Shown: positions 49,007 through 59,173 of the stretch, in pieces
Layout of the letters: every line of letters begins with the position of its first letter
Numbering within the stretch: position 1 is the first letter of the stretch
Origin: an uncultured Ignavibacteriota bacterium
Lineage (GTDB): Bacteria > Bacteroidota > Ignavibacteria > UBA10030 > UBA8401
Assembly: GCA_903884005.1 (NCBI GenBank)
Contig: CAISDA010000072.1
Coordinates: 95,522-159,521 of the forward strand
Length of the DNA stretch: 64,000 bases
Direction: 5' to 3'
The notes under the pieces: generated by a model
Seen by the model: the letters and a program-made list of their open reading frames with translations, nothing else
The model's database searches: none
Told to the model about the DNA's origin: nothing
Made by a program: the position numbers and the translations under genes

Positions 49007-49728
49007 TCACTGCACACAAAATACACGCGTTTTCCCGCGTGTTCAGTTTCTACTCCACGGCATTGCTGAAAAATAATTTTGCCCGAATCATGATCGGAGG
49101 CGAGAGCAGTATTCCGTCACCCGCGGCACACGCGCCGACGATATTTTTCGCGAACCATTCGAGCTGGTGGGACGCCATCCTCCCTTTCTATCTTTCGGTC
49201 GGCAGATGGGGGCACGATTCGTACGCAATGATGGACGAGCTTCAGCTCAAAAAATATTTTTTCTTCAGATGGGTCGGCACATTTTCAGTCGATCGCGCTC
49301 ATCCCCGCGAGTCCGTCCGCTCCATCGACTATGCCGCCCACTTGCTGCGCGGCACCAGCCGTTCGCTGTGGATCTATCCGCAGGGCGAACTGCTTCCGAA
49401 CGACACGCGTCCGCTCGCATTTTTCCGCGGGGTCGAACACATCGCGCAGCGGATCGGAACGGTGAATCTGGTGCCCATCGCCTTTCGGTATGAATTTTTA
49501 CAGGAGCAGCGTCCGACGATTTTTATTCGCATCGGTGAGCCTGTGTGCTATGGGACCGGAGATTTTTCGCCGCCTGGTTCGCTGACGCGGACCCTTGCCA
49601 TGCGACTGACGGCGGAAGTGGACACACTGCGGTCTTCCGTTATTGCCGGAGAGACCGGAGAGTATTTTTCTGCGCTGCAGGGCAGGCGTTCGATGAGCGC
49701 CCTATTCGAATCCACCAAACAACGATGA
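49003..49728 (+). CDS. PlsC-type acyltransferase, probably a CruD-like carotenoid glycoside acyltransferase
   Basis: NHSSWWD (HX4D), IYPQG; ATGA coupling on both sides inside the crt operon. Confidence 0.85.
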   Translation: MITAHKIHAFSRVFSFYSTALLKNNFARIMIGGESSIPSPAAHAPTIFFANHSSWWDAILPFYLSVGRWGHDSYAMMDELQLKKYFFFRWVGTFSVDRAHPRESVRSIDYAAHLLRGTSRSLWIYPQGELLPNDTRPLAFFRGVEHIAQRIGTVNLVPIAFRYEFLQEQRPTIFIRIGEPVCYGTGDFSPPGSLTRTLAMRLTAEVDTLRSSVIAGETGEYFSALQGRRSMSALFESTKQR

Positions 49729-50906
49729 CAGACATGTTCACACACTATCTCATGGTCACCACAGCGGTACTCGGCGTTCTACTGCTGCTGACGCTCTGGA
49801 ATGTGTACCTCTTCAGGAAGCGCACGGTCGGCAGAATACCCGACGGCGAGCTGCCGATGATATCCGTGCTCGTGCCCGCGCGCAACGAAGAGAACACCAT
49901 CGAGCGATGCATCTCGTCCCTCCTGAGCCAGGAGTATCCGAAGTTCGAGATCATTGTCCTGGACGATAATTCGACGGACGCGACCGGCTCGATACTCGAC
50001 CGGCTTGAAAAGAGCGAACAGCGGCTGCGCATCGTGCATGGCCGCGCGCTGCCCCGGGGATGGGTCGGGAAATGCTACGCATGCCATCAGCTCGCGGAGC
50101 AGGCGCGGGGTTCCTGGCTGCTTTTTACCGACGCCGACACGGTGCATGAGCCATCCATGCTGAGAGACGCGCTTGAGCTTGCCGTGTCCAGACAGGCCGA
50201 TCTGCTGACGCTCATCCCGCTTCAGACGATGGAGACGTTTGCAGAGAAGCTGATACTGCCTCTGCTTCATTTCAGCGCGTTCGCCATGCTTCCGTTCTAC
50301 GCGGTGGAGCGGGTGCGAAATTCGAAATTCTCGATCGGCATCGGGCAGTTCATGTTCTTTCGTTCGGCCGCGTATGCAGCCGTCGGTGGGCATGAGGCCG
50401 TGAAGAACAACCTCGTCGAAGACGTCTGGCTTGCCAGAAAGATCAAAGAGCACGGACTGCACCTGGTCGCAGCGGACGGCAGACCGATGGTCTCATGCCG
50501 CATGTATACGCGTTGGACCGAGGTATGGAACGGTTTTTCAAAAAATATATTTGCGGGATTTAATTTTTCACTCCCCGCCATGGCGGCGGTCATGACGATG
50601 TATGCGGCCCTCTTCGTCGCTCCCTTCATTGTATTTGCATCAGGAATCGTGCGCGGAGACCTCACTGCGCTTCAGGCATCGCTGCTTGCATCACAGGTAG
50701 TGATGAATTACGCGATGAGGATCGTGTTGTCGGTGAAATTCAGGCTGGGCATTCTCTCGACGATCCTTCATCCGTTCGGCGTGCTCGGCGTCATTGCCAT
50801 TGCGGTAAATTCCTGGCGATGGATCGCTCACGGCAGCGGAGCCCGGTGGAAGGACCGGATCTACGCACATCATCCGGCCTCAGCGCCCGCAACGGAACAG
50901 GAATAA
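49725..50906 (+). CDS. GT2 glycosyltransferase, probably a CruC-like carotenoid glucosyltransferase
   Basis: SVLVPARNEE, DDNSTD, GWVGKCYAC, FTDAD, VEDV, CRMY, GFSKN. Confidence 0.9.
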   Translation: MTDMFTHYLMVTTAVLGVLLLLTLWNVYLFRKRTVGRIPDGELPMISVLVPARNEENTIERCISSLLSQEYPKFEIIVLDDNSTDATGSILDRLEKSEQRLRIVHGRALPRGWVGKCYACHQLAEQARGSWLLFTDADTVHEPSMLRDALELAVSRQADLLTLIPLQTMETFAEKLILPLLHFSAFAMLPFYAVERVRNSKFSIGIGQFMFFRSAAYAAVGGHEAVKNNLVEDVWLARKIKEHGLHLVAADGRPMVSCRMYTRWTEVWNGFSKNIFAGFNFSLPAMAAVMTMYAALFVAPFIVFASGIVRGDLTALQASLLASQVVMNYAMRIVLSVKFRLGILSTILHPFGVLGVIAIAVNSWRWIAHGSGARWKDRIYAHHPASAPATEQE

Positions 50907-50909
50907 CGT

Positions 50910-51464
50910 ATGACAGCATCGATGCTGATTTTCGCTTTTCTCGCTGCCGCTCCGGACATGTTCACGATCCACGCCGAAGTGGCGGACAGCATTACACTGA
51001 ACGCACAGTGCGTGAGGGTCAGGAGCTATCTGAATGATCCAAATGTCTTCCGCCGTCATTTTCCCGGCATCCTCAACATACGGCAGATCAACGCCACGCA
51101 AAGCGAATGGACGTACGAGCTCAAGCCCCCGCTCTCCAGCGCCAGGCGGACCGCCTATATCGTGACCGAGCGTGAAGCAGACATCAACACCGTGATCTTC
51201 GAGACCGATGCCGGCACGAACGATTATATGTATTGCCGGGCTCAGATCCTTCCGGCTTGCGACACCACAACACGGCTGACGCTCGAACTCAGGCTTCAGA
51301 GTTCGCGCGAACACGGCAGCGCCTTCCATTTTCTTGCGCCGGTGCTCGGCCAAAACTTTATCAGCGCGCGCATGCGCGACCAGCTGAAATCCGATATCAC
51401 AGTGTTCTTCAAGCGGATCAACGATGAACTCGAGTCTTTTTCTGCATCTTCACATCGGCCATAA
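50910..51464 (+). CDS. Hypothetical protein, possibly SRPBCC/START-like fold
   Basis: Operon position; YLNDPNVFRRHFPG followed by beta-strands and a long C-terminal helix; short hydrophobic N-terminus. Confidence 0.6.
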   Translation: MTASMLIFAFLAAAPDMFTIHAEVADSITLNAQCVRVRSYLNDPNVFRRHFPGILNIRQINATQSEWTYELKPPLSSARRTAYIVTEREADINTVIFETDAGTNDYMYCRAQILPACDTTTRLTLELRLQSSREHGSAFHFLAPVLGQNFISARMRDQLKSDITVFFKRINDELESFSASSHRP

Positions 51465-52215
51465 GGCGCTTCGCGTGCCGGCAGCTGCAGTAAGCGTGCT
51501 GCTTGCAGTGATGTTCCCCGTCGGCATCATCGGCATGGCAAGCGGCATGCTCGCCAAACAGCATCTATGGACGGCGAGCCTCTTTCTCGGTGTTCAGGCG
51601 GCGCTCACATTCGTGGTGCTCTGGGACGCAGCATCCTTCGTACGCGCGCTGCTGATCACGGTCATGATCGGGACGGCGGCGGCGGCCGTCGAATTTGTCG
51701 GCCTTGCGACAGGATTTCCGTTCGGGAGCTACTACTATTCGTACAATCTTGAACCGTTCGTCGTGTCGAATGTGCCGCTGGCGATCGTTTTTGCCTGGTA
51801 TATTTTGTCAGTGAACATTGTGCTGCTCTACCGCACGGGTACCCCCGGCATCGATGGCTCAGGTATGAAAATTGTAGCGGGGGGACTTCTGCTGCTCGGC
51901 ATCGATATCATGCTCGAACCGTTCGCCTCGTTCGTGAACCGGTACTGGACGTGGGCTGGGGGTGTTATTCCCATGCAAAATTATACGGCGTGGTTCGTCA
52001 TCGGCACGCTCTTCATTGCCGCCGTCCATGCCGCACTACCCCGGCAGAAGACAGCTCAGGCGGCCGGCGGTATTCGCCTTCCCGATGCGATGCTCATGAT
52101 GACCGCCGCCCAATGCGCGATCATCAACACACTCAATGGATATTGGATCGCGACAGCCGCGGGCATATCCATTGCGGCTGCGGCATATTGGAGGCTGCGC
52201 CATGGCCGCGTATGA
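51424..52215 (+). CDS. cruF: Carotenoid 1,2-hydratase (CruF family)
   Basis: EFVGLATGFPFGSYYY, VPLAIVFAW, DIMLEP, YWTW, PMQNYTAW; multi-TM. Confidence 0.85.
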   Translation: MNSSLFLHLHIGHKALRVPAAAVSVLLAVMFPVGIIGMASGMLAKQHLWTASLFLGVQAALTFVVLWDAASFVRALLITVMIGTAAAAVEFVGLATGFPFGSYYYSYNLEPFVVSNVPLAIVFAWYILSVNIVLLYRTGTPGIDGSGMKIVAGGLLLLGIDIMLEPFASFVNRYWTWAGGVIPMQNYTAWFVIGTLFIAAVHAALPRQKTAQAAGGIRLPDAMLMMTAAQCAIINTLNGYWIATAAGISIAAAAYWRLRHGRV

Positions 52216-52516
52216 ATATTTTTTTATTCTCATTGTGACGCTTGCCGGCCCTCTTGCATTGAGCACGAGCAGGAAGCTGGCATTGTACAAACGGCCGGTG
52301 CGCCTGCTCGCAGCGATCGGACTGCCGCTCCCCTTCTTCATCCTGTGGGACATGATAGCGGCACATCGGGGATACTGGAATTTCAATCCGGAATACATTA
52401 CGGGAATCATGGTGTGTAATTTGCCGGTTGAAGAAGTGCTTTTCTTCATCGTGATCCCCTTCGCCGCGCTCTTCACATGGGAGAGCGTGAAATATTTTTT
52501 ACGACAGTCGCCATGA
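52202..52516 (+). CDS. crtYc: Heterodimeric lycopene cyclase subunit
   Basis: FILWD...GYWNFNPEYITG...LPVEEVLFF. Confidence 0.85.
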   Translation: MAAYEYFFILIVTLAGPLALSTSRKLALYKRPVRLLAAIGLPLPFFILWDMIAAHRGYWNFNPEYITGIMVCNLPVEEVLFFIVIPFAALFTWESVKYFLRQSP

Positions 52517-52866
52517 AAGAATATACGATCACTGCCATCATCGGTGCGGTCATCGCACTCGCCGCAGACAGGGCGCTGGGAACCCGCCTGACATCAGGCC
52601 GCACGTTCTGGATATTCTGGATCGTCATGGCAGGGTTCACGACGCTCGTGAACGGCTATCTTACATGGCGTCCCATCGTCCGTTACGGAAATGAATTTTT
52701 CCTCGGAGTCCGGATCTTCACCATTCCCGTGGAAGATTATGTCTTTGGATTCGCATTGATCACGATGAATCTTGTCATTTGGGAATTTCTGTCCATCAGG
52801 CGAAACACACGGCCCGTGAGCGCGCGCCGCAGACTTCCACATCCACCCGAACATCAGAACGGATAA
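52513..52866 (+). CDS. crtYd: Heterodimeric lycopene cyclase subunit
   Basis: NGYLT...IVRY...LGVRIFTIPVEDYVFGF; ATGA overlap with the previous gene. Confidence 0.85.
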   Translation: MKEYTITAIIGAVIALAADRALGTRLTSGRTFWIFWIVMAGFTTLVNGYLTWRPIVRYGNEFFLGVRIFTIPVEDYVFGFALITMNLVIWEFLSIRRNTRPVSARRRLPHPPEHQNG

Positions 52867-52872
52867 CAGCAC

Positions 52873-54354
52873 ATGCCTTCACATGCGAAAAAGATCATCG
52901 TCATCGGAAGCGGCTTCGGAGGCCTCGCTGCAGCCATCAGGCTCGCCGCACAGGGACACGACGTCGAACTCTTCGAACAGCGCGATCAGCTCGGCGGGCG
53001 TGCGTACGTCTACCGACAGGACGGATTCACATTCGACGGCGGCCCCACCGTGATCACCGCCCCCTTCATGCTCGATGAGCTGTTTTCGCTTGCCGGAAAA
53101 AAAACATCGGACTACATCACGCTGAAGCCTCTGTCTCCTTTTTACAGGATCTTTAACCACGAAGGGCGCGCCTTCGACTACAACGACAACGCCGAATTCA
53201 CTCTCGGACAGATAGAGAAGTGGAACCCTGCAGACAAGGAAGGGTATACAAAATTTATCGCGAGCACGAAGGCGATCTTCCAAAAGGGATTTGTAGAACT
53301 GTCGGACAAACCGTTCCTGCATTTTTCAGACATGATGAAAGTGGTTCCCGATCTGCTGCGGCTTCAGTCGCACAAATCGGTGTACAGGTATGTCTCGCAG
53401 TTTATTGACAACGATTTTTTGCGGCAGGTATTTTCATTCCATCCCCTGCTTGTGGGCGGGAATCCATTTTCCACCACATCGATCTATGCGCTCATCCATT
53501 ATCTCGAACGCGAGTGGGGAGTTCACTATGCAATGGGCGGAACGGGCACGATCGTGGCCGGGCTGGCGAAATTGTTCGGCGAACTCGGAGGGAAGGTCCG
53601 TCTGAACGCGAAGATCGAAGAATTGCTCATCACTGACCGGCGCGTGACAGGCGTGCGCCTGGCCTCGGGCGAGGTGTTCATGGCGGAGATCGTCGTGTCG
53701 AATGCCGATGTCGCATCGACATACAGGTCGCTCGTTCCCGAGCGGCATCGGCGCACATGGACCAACAGAAAGATCGATTCGCTCACGTATAGCATGTCGC
53801 TTTTCGTGCTCTATTTTGGAACGAAGCGGCGCTATACCGGCACCGGGTTGGCGCACCACAACATCATCCTTGGTAACAGGTACAAGGAATTATTGACGGA
53901 CATCTTCGACAGGAAGATACTGGCCGACGATTTTTCGCTCTATCTGCACATGCCGACGCTCACCGATCCGTCGCTGGCTCCCGAGGGGCACGAGGCGTTT
54001 TATGTCCTCTCTCCCGTGCCTCACCTTGGTGCGGACATCGACTGGAGCGTGACGGGGCCGCAGTACAGGAATCGGATCGTTCGTTTCCTGGAGAAGAACT
54101 ATCTTCCCGGCCTTGAAGCGAACATCGTGACAGAGCGATACATCGACCCGACGCATTTCCGCGATACGTTGAGCAGCCATATGGGAGCGGCTTTTTCGGT
54201 CGCCCCGATTTTAACACAGTCAGCATGGTTCAGGCCCCACAACAGGTCTGAGGAATTCGACAACCTCTACCTCGTCGGAGCGGGGACGCACCCGGGCGCG
54301 GGACTGCCGGGAGTGCTGTCGTCGGCGGCGATCGTCGGAAATTTAATTGGATAA
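52873..54354 (+). CDS. crtI: Phytoene desaturase
   Basis: [56 protein letters not shown]. Confidence 0.97.
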   Translation: MPSHAKKIIVIGSGFGGLAAAIRLAAQGHDVELFEQRDQLGGRAYVYRQDGFTFDGGPTVITAPFMLDELFSLAGKKTSDYITLKPLSPFYRIFNHEGRAFDYNDNAEFTLGQIEKWNPADKEGYTKFIASTKAIFQKGFVELSDKPFLHFSDMMKVVPDLLRLQSHKSVYRYVSQFIDNDFLRQVFSFHPLLVGGNPFSTTSIYALIHYLEREWGVHYAMGGTGTIVAGLAKLFGELGGKVRLNAKIEELLITDRRVTGVRLASGEVFMAEIVVSNADVASTYRSLVPERHRRTWTNRKIDSLTYSMSLFVLYFGTKRRYTGTGLAHHNIILGNRYKELLTDIFDRKILADDFSLYLHMPTLTDPSLAPEGHEAFYVLSPVPHLGADIDWSVTGPQYRNRIVRFLEKNYLPGLEANIVTERYIDPTHFRDTLSSHMGAAFSVAPILTQSAWFRPHNRSEEFDNLYLVGAGTHPGAGLPGVLSSAAIVGNLIG

Positions 54355-54367
54355 TTGGGAGGATACG

Positions 54368-55321
54368 ATGGCAAACACAATCATGAACAGCACCGCGGAG
54401 TCATTGCTCGAGTTCGACTTCGAGCAATGCCGGCTCTACACGCGCCATCACGCGAAAAGTTTTTATTTCTCTTCATTCCTGCTGCCGGCCGAAAAACGCG
54501 CGGCGGCGTTCGCCGTGTATGCCTTTTGCCGGTGCGCGGACGATCTTGTCGATGCTGCGGGGGACAGCGGCCTCGCATCGATACACACAAATATCGACAC
54601 GTTGAGCGCCGCGCTCGATGCGGTGTACGAGCCGTCGTTCTTGGCGCGCCATCCTCGTTCGGCGTTCGGACAGACGGTGCAGCGCTATGCGATACCCAAG
54701 GTATACTTCAACGAACTCATTGCAGGCGTCTCGATGGACCTGACAACATTCCAGTACGAGACGTATGCAGAGCTCGAGCGTTATTGTTACCGCGTCGCCT
54801 CGGTGGTGGGTCTCATGATGACGAGGGTGTTCGGCTCGACGGATACCGCGGCACTTCTCTACGCGGCGGAGCTGGGAACGGCAATGCAGTTGACGAACAT
54901 CCTGCGCGACATACGGACCGACCTGGACCTGTCCCGCATCTATCTCCCGCAGGAAGACCTGCTGGCATTTCAGTACACCGAAGCAGAAATGAAGGCGCAT
55001 GTTATCAATGACAGGTTCATTGCGCTGATGCGGTTCGAGATCCACCGCGCGCGCGCGCTCTACGCGAGCGCCGAACGCGGCATTCCCTATTTGACCGACG
55101 ACGGATCCCGGACAGCGGCAGCGGCCATGGGCAAAATTTACTCTTCCATTCTCGATGAGATAGAAAAACATCACTATGATATTTTTTCCGAACGCCGGTA
55201 TGTCGGCACGTCCCGTAAAATCGCGCTTGCGGCGGGCTGTCTGCTCAGCCCTGTTCAGGGCGGGCGGCGGGCTTTAAAATATAAAAGGGACCAGCGCTCC
55301 GACATTCTGGTCCCTTTATGA
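54368..55321 (+). CDS. crtB: Phytoene synthase
   Basis: AKSFYF, YAFCRCADDLVD, YCYRVASVVG, LGTAMQLTNILRDI, RIYLP; GGAGGA RBS. Confidence 0.96.
   Translation: MANTIMNSTAESLLEFDFEQCRLYTRHHAKSFYFSSFLLPAEKRAAAFAVYAFCRCADDLVDAAGDSGLASIHTNIDTLSAALDAVYEPSFLARHPRSAFGQTVQRYAIPKVYFNELIAGVSMDLTTFQYETYAELERYCYRVASVVGLMMTRVFGSTDTAALLYAAELGTAMQLTNILRDIRTDLDLSRIYLPQEDLLAFQYTEAEMKAHVINDRFIALMRFEIHRARALYASAERGIPYLTDDGSRTAAAAMGKIYSSILDEIEKHHYDIFSERRYVGTSRKIALAAGCLLSPVQGGRRALKYKRDQRSDILVPL
55276..55317 (-). terminator. Intrinsic terminator for the T9SS cargo gene, overlapping the end of crtB
   Basis: AAAGGGACCAG / CTGGTCCCTTT stem, followed on the minus strand by TATATTTT. Confidence 0.65.
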
Positions 55322-55335
55322 CAACGGAATCTTGA

Positions 55336-58011
55336 TTACTTCATAAGGAGCATCTTCCTGACCATGCTCGACGAGCCGGCTTGAACGCGATAGAAATAGA
55401 CGCCCGACGGCATTGCCGCCGCATTCCATTCGATCGTCGAAGAACCCGCATTCATCTGGCGATTCACGAGTGTCGTTACTTCACGGCCGAGCAGGTCGTA
55501 CACTTTTACGCTCACAAGCTGGGCCATGGGAAGCGTGATTTGGAACTTCGTCGATGGGTTGAACGGATTGGGATAGTTCTGCCCGACGGTAAAGGTTGAC
55601 GGAACAACAGTGGTTGCCTGCGTTTGAACACTCGTCACAACCTGCACCGCATCGAGCGAGAATGACGGCAGCACCACTCCCATTGTGTTCCCGCCTGTTG
55701 TATAGGACGGGTTGGCGGACTGTGAGAGAGCCAACGAGGAAGTCGACGTATATCCCGGTTTGTCGACGGACACCGTGTATGCCCCAGGCGCCAAGCCGAG
55801 GATGGCATAATTGCCGTTATTATCGGACACGCCATAACCGGCCGGCTCACCCGTGATTTTATCTTTTGCGAATACAAGCGCTCCGGCCAGACCGAACGAT
55901 TTGCCGTTGACGGTGGATTTGGTCGTACCGATGATCCACGTGAATCCGCCCTTTGTGGCAGAAATTGACCTCACGATGATGTCGATACCCGAGATGCTCT
56001 TGCCGCTGTCCACAACCACTTTCGACACAGTATTCCATTTGCCGTCGATCTGTACACCGCCTGTGTAATACGCAGGAGCGTAGTTGCCGACGGGGACTGC
56101 CATGACGATGTAGCTGCCCGGCAACAATTCGGCAAACGAATATTTACCCGTTGAATCCGTATCGGTAAAATATGCCTTCGCCATCTTGTAACCATCAGCC
56201 ATAGTCCACTGATCGCGGTATGCGATGACGCGGGCGCGCACGCCGACATCTTTCACTGTATCCACGACCGCACCCGTCATCGTGCTCAGCGGAATCGGCG
56301 GCAGCGGCGCAAGCGTGAAATTGATATTCGCACTATCCGCACTTAGTTTCATGATATCGGCAGAGAGCAGGTCCGCATGTTCCTTAAAGAACTCGGCTGC
56401 ATATCCCGGTGCGCGCGCCAATGCGATGTATGATCCCTGGGGAATCTTCAGCGAATATCTGCCCAGCGAATCGACGCCTGTCCGGAATGTAAATTTAGAG
56501 CCGCCTTCGATGCGGAAATCGGTCGCATTGTCGTATTGGAAGAACTGTTTGAAATTGTCGATGGTCACATCGGTCGTGGACGTGCTCGAATTCAGCGCGA
56601 AGTCTGCGCGGACGAATGTCACCTGCGTATTTTTCCCGTTCACGGGAATCAGCATCGTATCGCGAACGGTTCCTTTGACGATAAAATATTTCGTTGTATC
56701 GGCCACGCGGCTAAGGAGTATCAAATTCGCAACGCTATAGGATGTTGGTAAGACAGAATCACTCACAGGGATTGGAGTGGCGTTATCCGCATTATTCTGT
56801 CCGTTATACCATTGTCCGATAAAATCGGCGGTCGATGGGATCGCCTGCAGAATGTATGTGCCCGGATCGATCTTTGAGAACCGGTATTCACCTGTTGTGT
56901 TCGTCACTGTGGAGTAATTGATATGCGAATCGCGGTCGCGCTGCATAATTTGAATAATGACCTTTGCAAGGGGGTTGCCCTTCGTATCCGTCACTTTCCC
57001 CTGCACGATGCCGCCGACACTGCTCGCCACGGATATTGTAAAGTCCTGTGTCGCCTGGCCATTTTTATCAGACGTCACCGTAATGTGCACCGAATACATC
57101 CCTTTCACTTTCGGCGTCCACTCCAGCCAAAATGCGCCGGCTGACTCCTTCAGTGTCATTCCGCTGGGAGTCGATTTATCGAGCGTATATGTCAGCTTCG
57201 CCGTCGCATCGGATGACTTCGCCGCCACTTTCGCAGCGTACGGAACATTGATCTGGGCTGTGGTGACAGGAACCGATACGAATGTGATCACGTCTTTTTG
57301 CACGACGACCGTCAGCACCACGCTCGCGCTCGTGCTTTGGAGCGAACCGGTGGGGAGTTTCGCAACGATGTAGTACGTGAACAGATTTTTACCCCAATCA
57401 CCCGGACCATAGCCGCTGCTTGTCATGCTGCCGGATGTGGCGCTCAGAGGCGGTTTATCGGTGGCGGTGAGTCCTGTGGTAGAATCGATTTTTTGGAAGG
57501 CAGAAAAAATGCCACCGTACCGATAGACATAGTATTTCACGACAGAGTCGACCGGCGGCTTGGTCCATTGCAGTTTCACCGTTGTGGCGGCCGCATCCAC
57601 CGTTGCATCGAGCCTGAAAGAGCCGATGGCCGGGATGCCGGCAATTTGCACAAGCAGGACATTGCTTGTCAAGAGCGCCCCGGTGGCCGGTTTGCCCACG
57701 ACGTAATACGAATATTTCGACACTGCCACGAATGTTATCGGCAGCATGTCCGTGTATGCCGTATCTTTGGTTCCGGCGATCTTGACGGCCTTCGCTGTAT
57801 TATCGCCTTCGGCGCGATAGACAAAGAATGAATCGACCTTGACGCCAATAGGCCGTGTCCATGCCAGGCGCACAGAACCGCTCATCTCTATCTTCACCGC
57901 CATCAATTTTATGGGCGTTGTCGGCGTTGACTGCGTGTGTGCCACGCTCAGAGCCAGCATTGTGATAACGATCATCGACAGCCACCGCATGGTAATCCGT
58001 CTCGCGTTCAT
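55336..58011 (-). CDS. Large T9SS-secreted multi-beta-sandwich protein
   Basis: Signal peptide, two FN3-like domains, an Ig/cadherin-like domain, several carboxypeptidase-regulatory-like repeats, CTD QNYPNPFNPST...KMLLMK. Confidence 0.92.
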   Translation of the reverse strand: MNARRITMRWLSMIVITMLALSVAHTQSTPTTPIKLMAVKIEMSGSVRLAWTRPIGVKVDSFFVYRAEGDNTAKAVKIAGTKDTAYTDMLPITFVAVSKYSYYVVGKPATGALLTSNVLLVQIAGIPAIGSFRLDATVDAAATTVKLQWTKPPVDSVVKYYVYRYGGIFSAFQKIDSTTGLTATDKPPLSATSGSMTSSGYGPGDWGKNLFTYYIVAKLPTGSLQSTSASVVLTVVVQKDVITFVSVPVTTAQINVPYAAKVAAKSSDATAKLTYTLDKSTPSGMTLKESAGAFWLEWTPKVKGMYSVHITVTSDKNGQATQDFTISVASSVGGIVQGKVTDTKGNPLAKVIIQIMQRDRDSHINYSTVTNTTGEYRFSKIDPGTYILQAIPSTADFIGQWYNGQNNADNATPIPVSDSVLPTSYSVANLILLSRVADTTKYFIVKGTVRDTMLIPVNGKNTQVTFVRADFALNSSTSTTDVTIDNFKQFFQYDNATDFRIEGGSKFTFRTGVDSLGRYSLKIPQGSYIALARAPGYAAEFFKEHADLLSADIMKLSADSANINFTLAPLPPIPLSTMTGAVVDTVKDVGVRARVIAYRDQWTMADGYKMAKAYFTDTDSTGKYSFAELLPGSYIVMAVPVGNYAPAYYTGGVQIDGKWNTVSKVVVDSGKSISGIDIIVRSISATKGGFTWIIGTTKSTVNGKSFGLAGALVFAKDKITGEPAGYGVSDNNGNYAILGLAPGAYTVSVDKPGYTSTSSLALSQSANPSYTTGGNTMGVVLPSFSLDAVQVVTSVQTQATTVVPSTFTVGQNYPNPFNPSTKFQITLPMAQLVSVKVYDLLGREVTTLVNRQMNAGSSTIEWNAAAMPSGVYFYRVQAGSSSMVRKMLLMK

Positions 58012-58065
58012 AAGTTTCTCCTCGAAAATGTATGTCTGATGGATAATTGCATTAGTATTCAGTAT

Positions 58066-58081
58066 TGCAATCAGTATGCCA
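58066..58081 (-). promoter_or_regulatory. Sigma54 (-24/-12) promoter of the T9SS cargo gene
   Basis: Minus strand TGGCATACTGATTGCA with exact spacing, about 55 bp above the ATG (GAGGAG RBS). Confidence 0.8.
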
Positions 58082-58130
58082 AATTATATCGGCTGGAATA
58101 AAGGGTATTATGGGAATTGAGCATCAGAGT

Positions 58131-58180
58131 GTGCAAAACGTGCATGGGCGCCATGCATACTCTGCGTGCATTGGAAGCGC
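58131..58180. promoter_or_regulatory. Candidate upstream activator sites
   Basis: TGCA-N5-TGCA (58132-58144) and TGCA-N5-TGCG (58154-58166), 22 bp apart, 50-85 bp above the sigma54 box. Confidence 0.4.
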
Positions 58181-58212
58181 GGTCAACGCGCCTGCGGCGT
58201 ATTTATTTCCTT

Positions 58213-58293
58213 GAAGTAACGCGCGACAGTTGCATTGGTGCGATGTAGGGCGAGATGTTATCTCGCCCTCAGCGCGAAGCGGTGCTGGTTTTT
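58213..58293 (+). repeat. GTAG-type REP palindrome with conserved flanks
   Basis: GTAGGGCGAGATGTTATCTCGCCC (58245-58268); flanks resemble 10918-11000. Confidence 0.82.
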
Positions 58294-58318
58294 TCAGCGG
58301 TAGGCACTTAAGCGCTTC

Positions 58319-59170
58319 TCAGAAGCGGATGGCGAGACGAATGCCGGCTTCATCGGGGCGAAGCGACACGACATCGGAATGCGGAAGATACAGGAATGCA
58401 TCGATCTCTGAAAGGAGATAGACTGCAGCGCACGCGATGAGGGAATACGTCCCCGCTTTGGTGAGCCGATTGTAGCGGTCGTATCGGGTGGACGCCTGGT
58501 CCGGCGTAGACGCCGCAAGGTATTCGCTTCGCGCATTCGACCGTTCGATCTCGAACGCGACGGACAAGCTGACGGCGAGCGCGCCTGCCCCGATGAGCGC
58601 ATAGCCTTTGGCGGCGCGCCCCTGATGCGCCTGTTCCCAGCCGGGAAAGACGAGCGTTCGCCACGACACGCCCTCGACCGAGGCCTGACGGATCGGCAGC
58701 AGCGACTCGGGCTCTTTGTGCACGAGAGAACGTTTGAGTTGTTGTGCTTCGATGAACGATGCGAGAATCTTCGGCGACGTGTAGACCGGATCGAGTTCGA
58801 ATGTGGAATCGATGTCGAGTATCACGGTAAAATGTCTGACCGCTGCCTTTGCCTTTCCCTGGGCGACAAGTGCGAATGCAAGATATTGTTCTGCCGCGAC
58901 ATGAAGAGAATCATCGGGAGTCTGTTGTTCCAGAAACCGCCGCGCCTCGACTTCCGCAGCAAGGTAGGCGCCCTTCTCGTATAACGCGCGTATGGCAGTG
59001 ACGGTTGAATCGGTCCCGCCTCGCGTTTGGGCTCCTGCTGCGGCAACGCACAACGACGCCAGCCCGGCAACGATGCACGCGCGGACGATCGACGTCTTGA
59101 ACGCCGCACGTACGCGCGCACGGCATCCGGGTATCACGCTGCGAACATATGTGTGACGACTGGCTGCCAT
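58319..59170 (-). CDS. Exported TPR-like protein with C-terminal membrane domain
   Basis: Signal-like segment, TPR-like helices (AEQYLAFALVAQGK...LDPVYTSPKI), LVFPGWEQ, hydrophobic segments, C-terminal F; start uncertain. Confidence 0.75.
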   Translation of the reverse strand: MAASRHTYVRSVIPGCRARVRAAFKTSIVRACIVAGLASLCVAAAGAQTRGGTDSTVTAIRALYEKGAYLAAEVEARRFLEQQTPDDSLHVAAEQYLAFALVAQGKAKAAVRHFTVILDIDSTFELDPVYTSPKILASFIEAQQLKRSLVHKEPESLLPIRQASVEGVSWRTLVFPGWEQAHQGRAAKGYALIGAGALAVSLSVAFEIERSNARSEYLAASTPDQASTRYDRYNRLTKAGTYSLIACAAVYLLSEIDAFLYLPHSDVVSLRPDEAGIRLAIRF

Positions 59171-59173
59171 TCG

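Noticed and set aside
55261..55321. crtB C-terminus running through the opposite gene's terminator as a sign of frameshift
   Set aside because: All conserved CrtB motifs are complete upstream; variable tails overlapping terminators are common.
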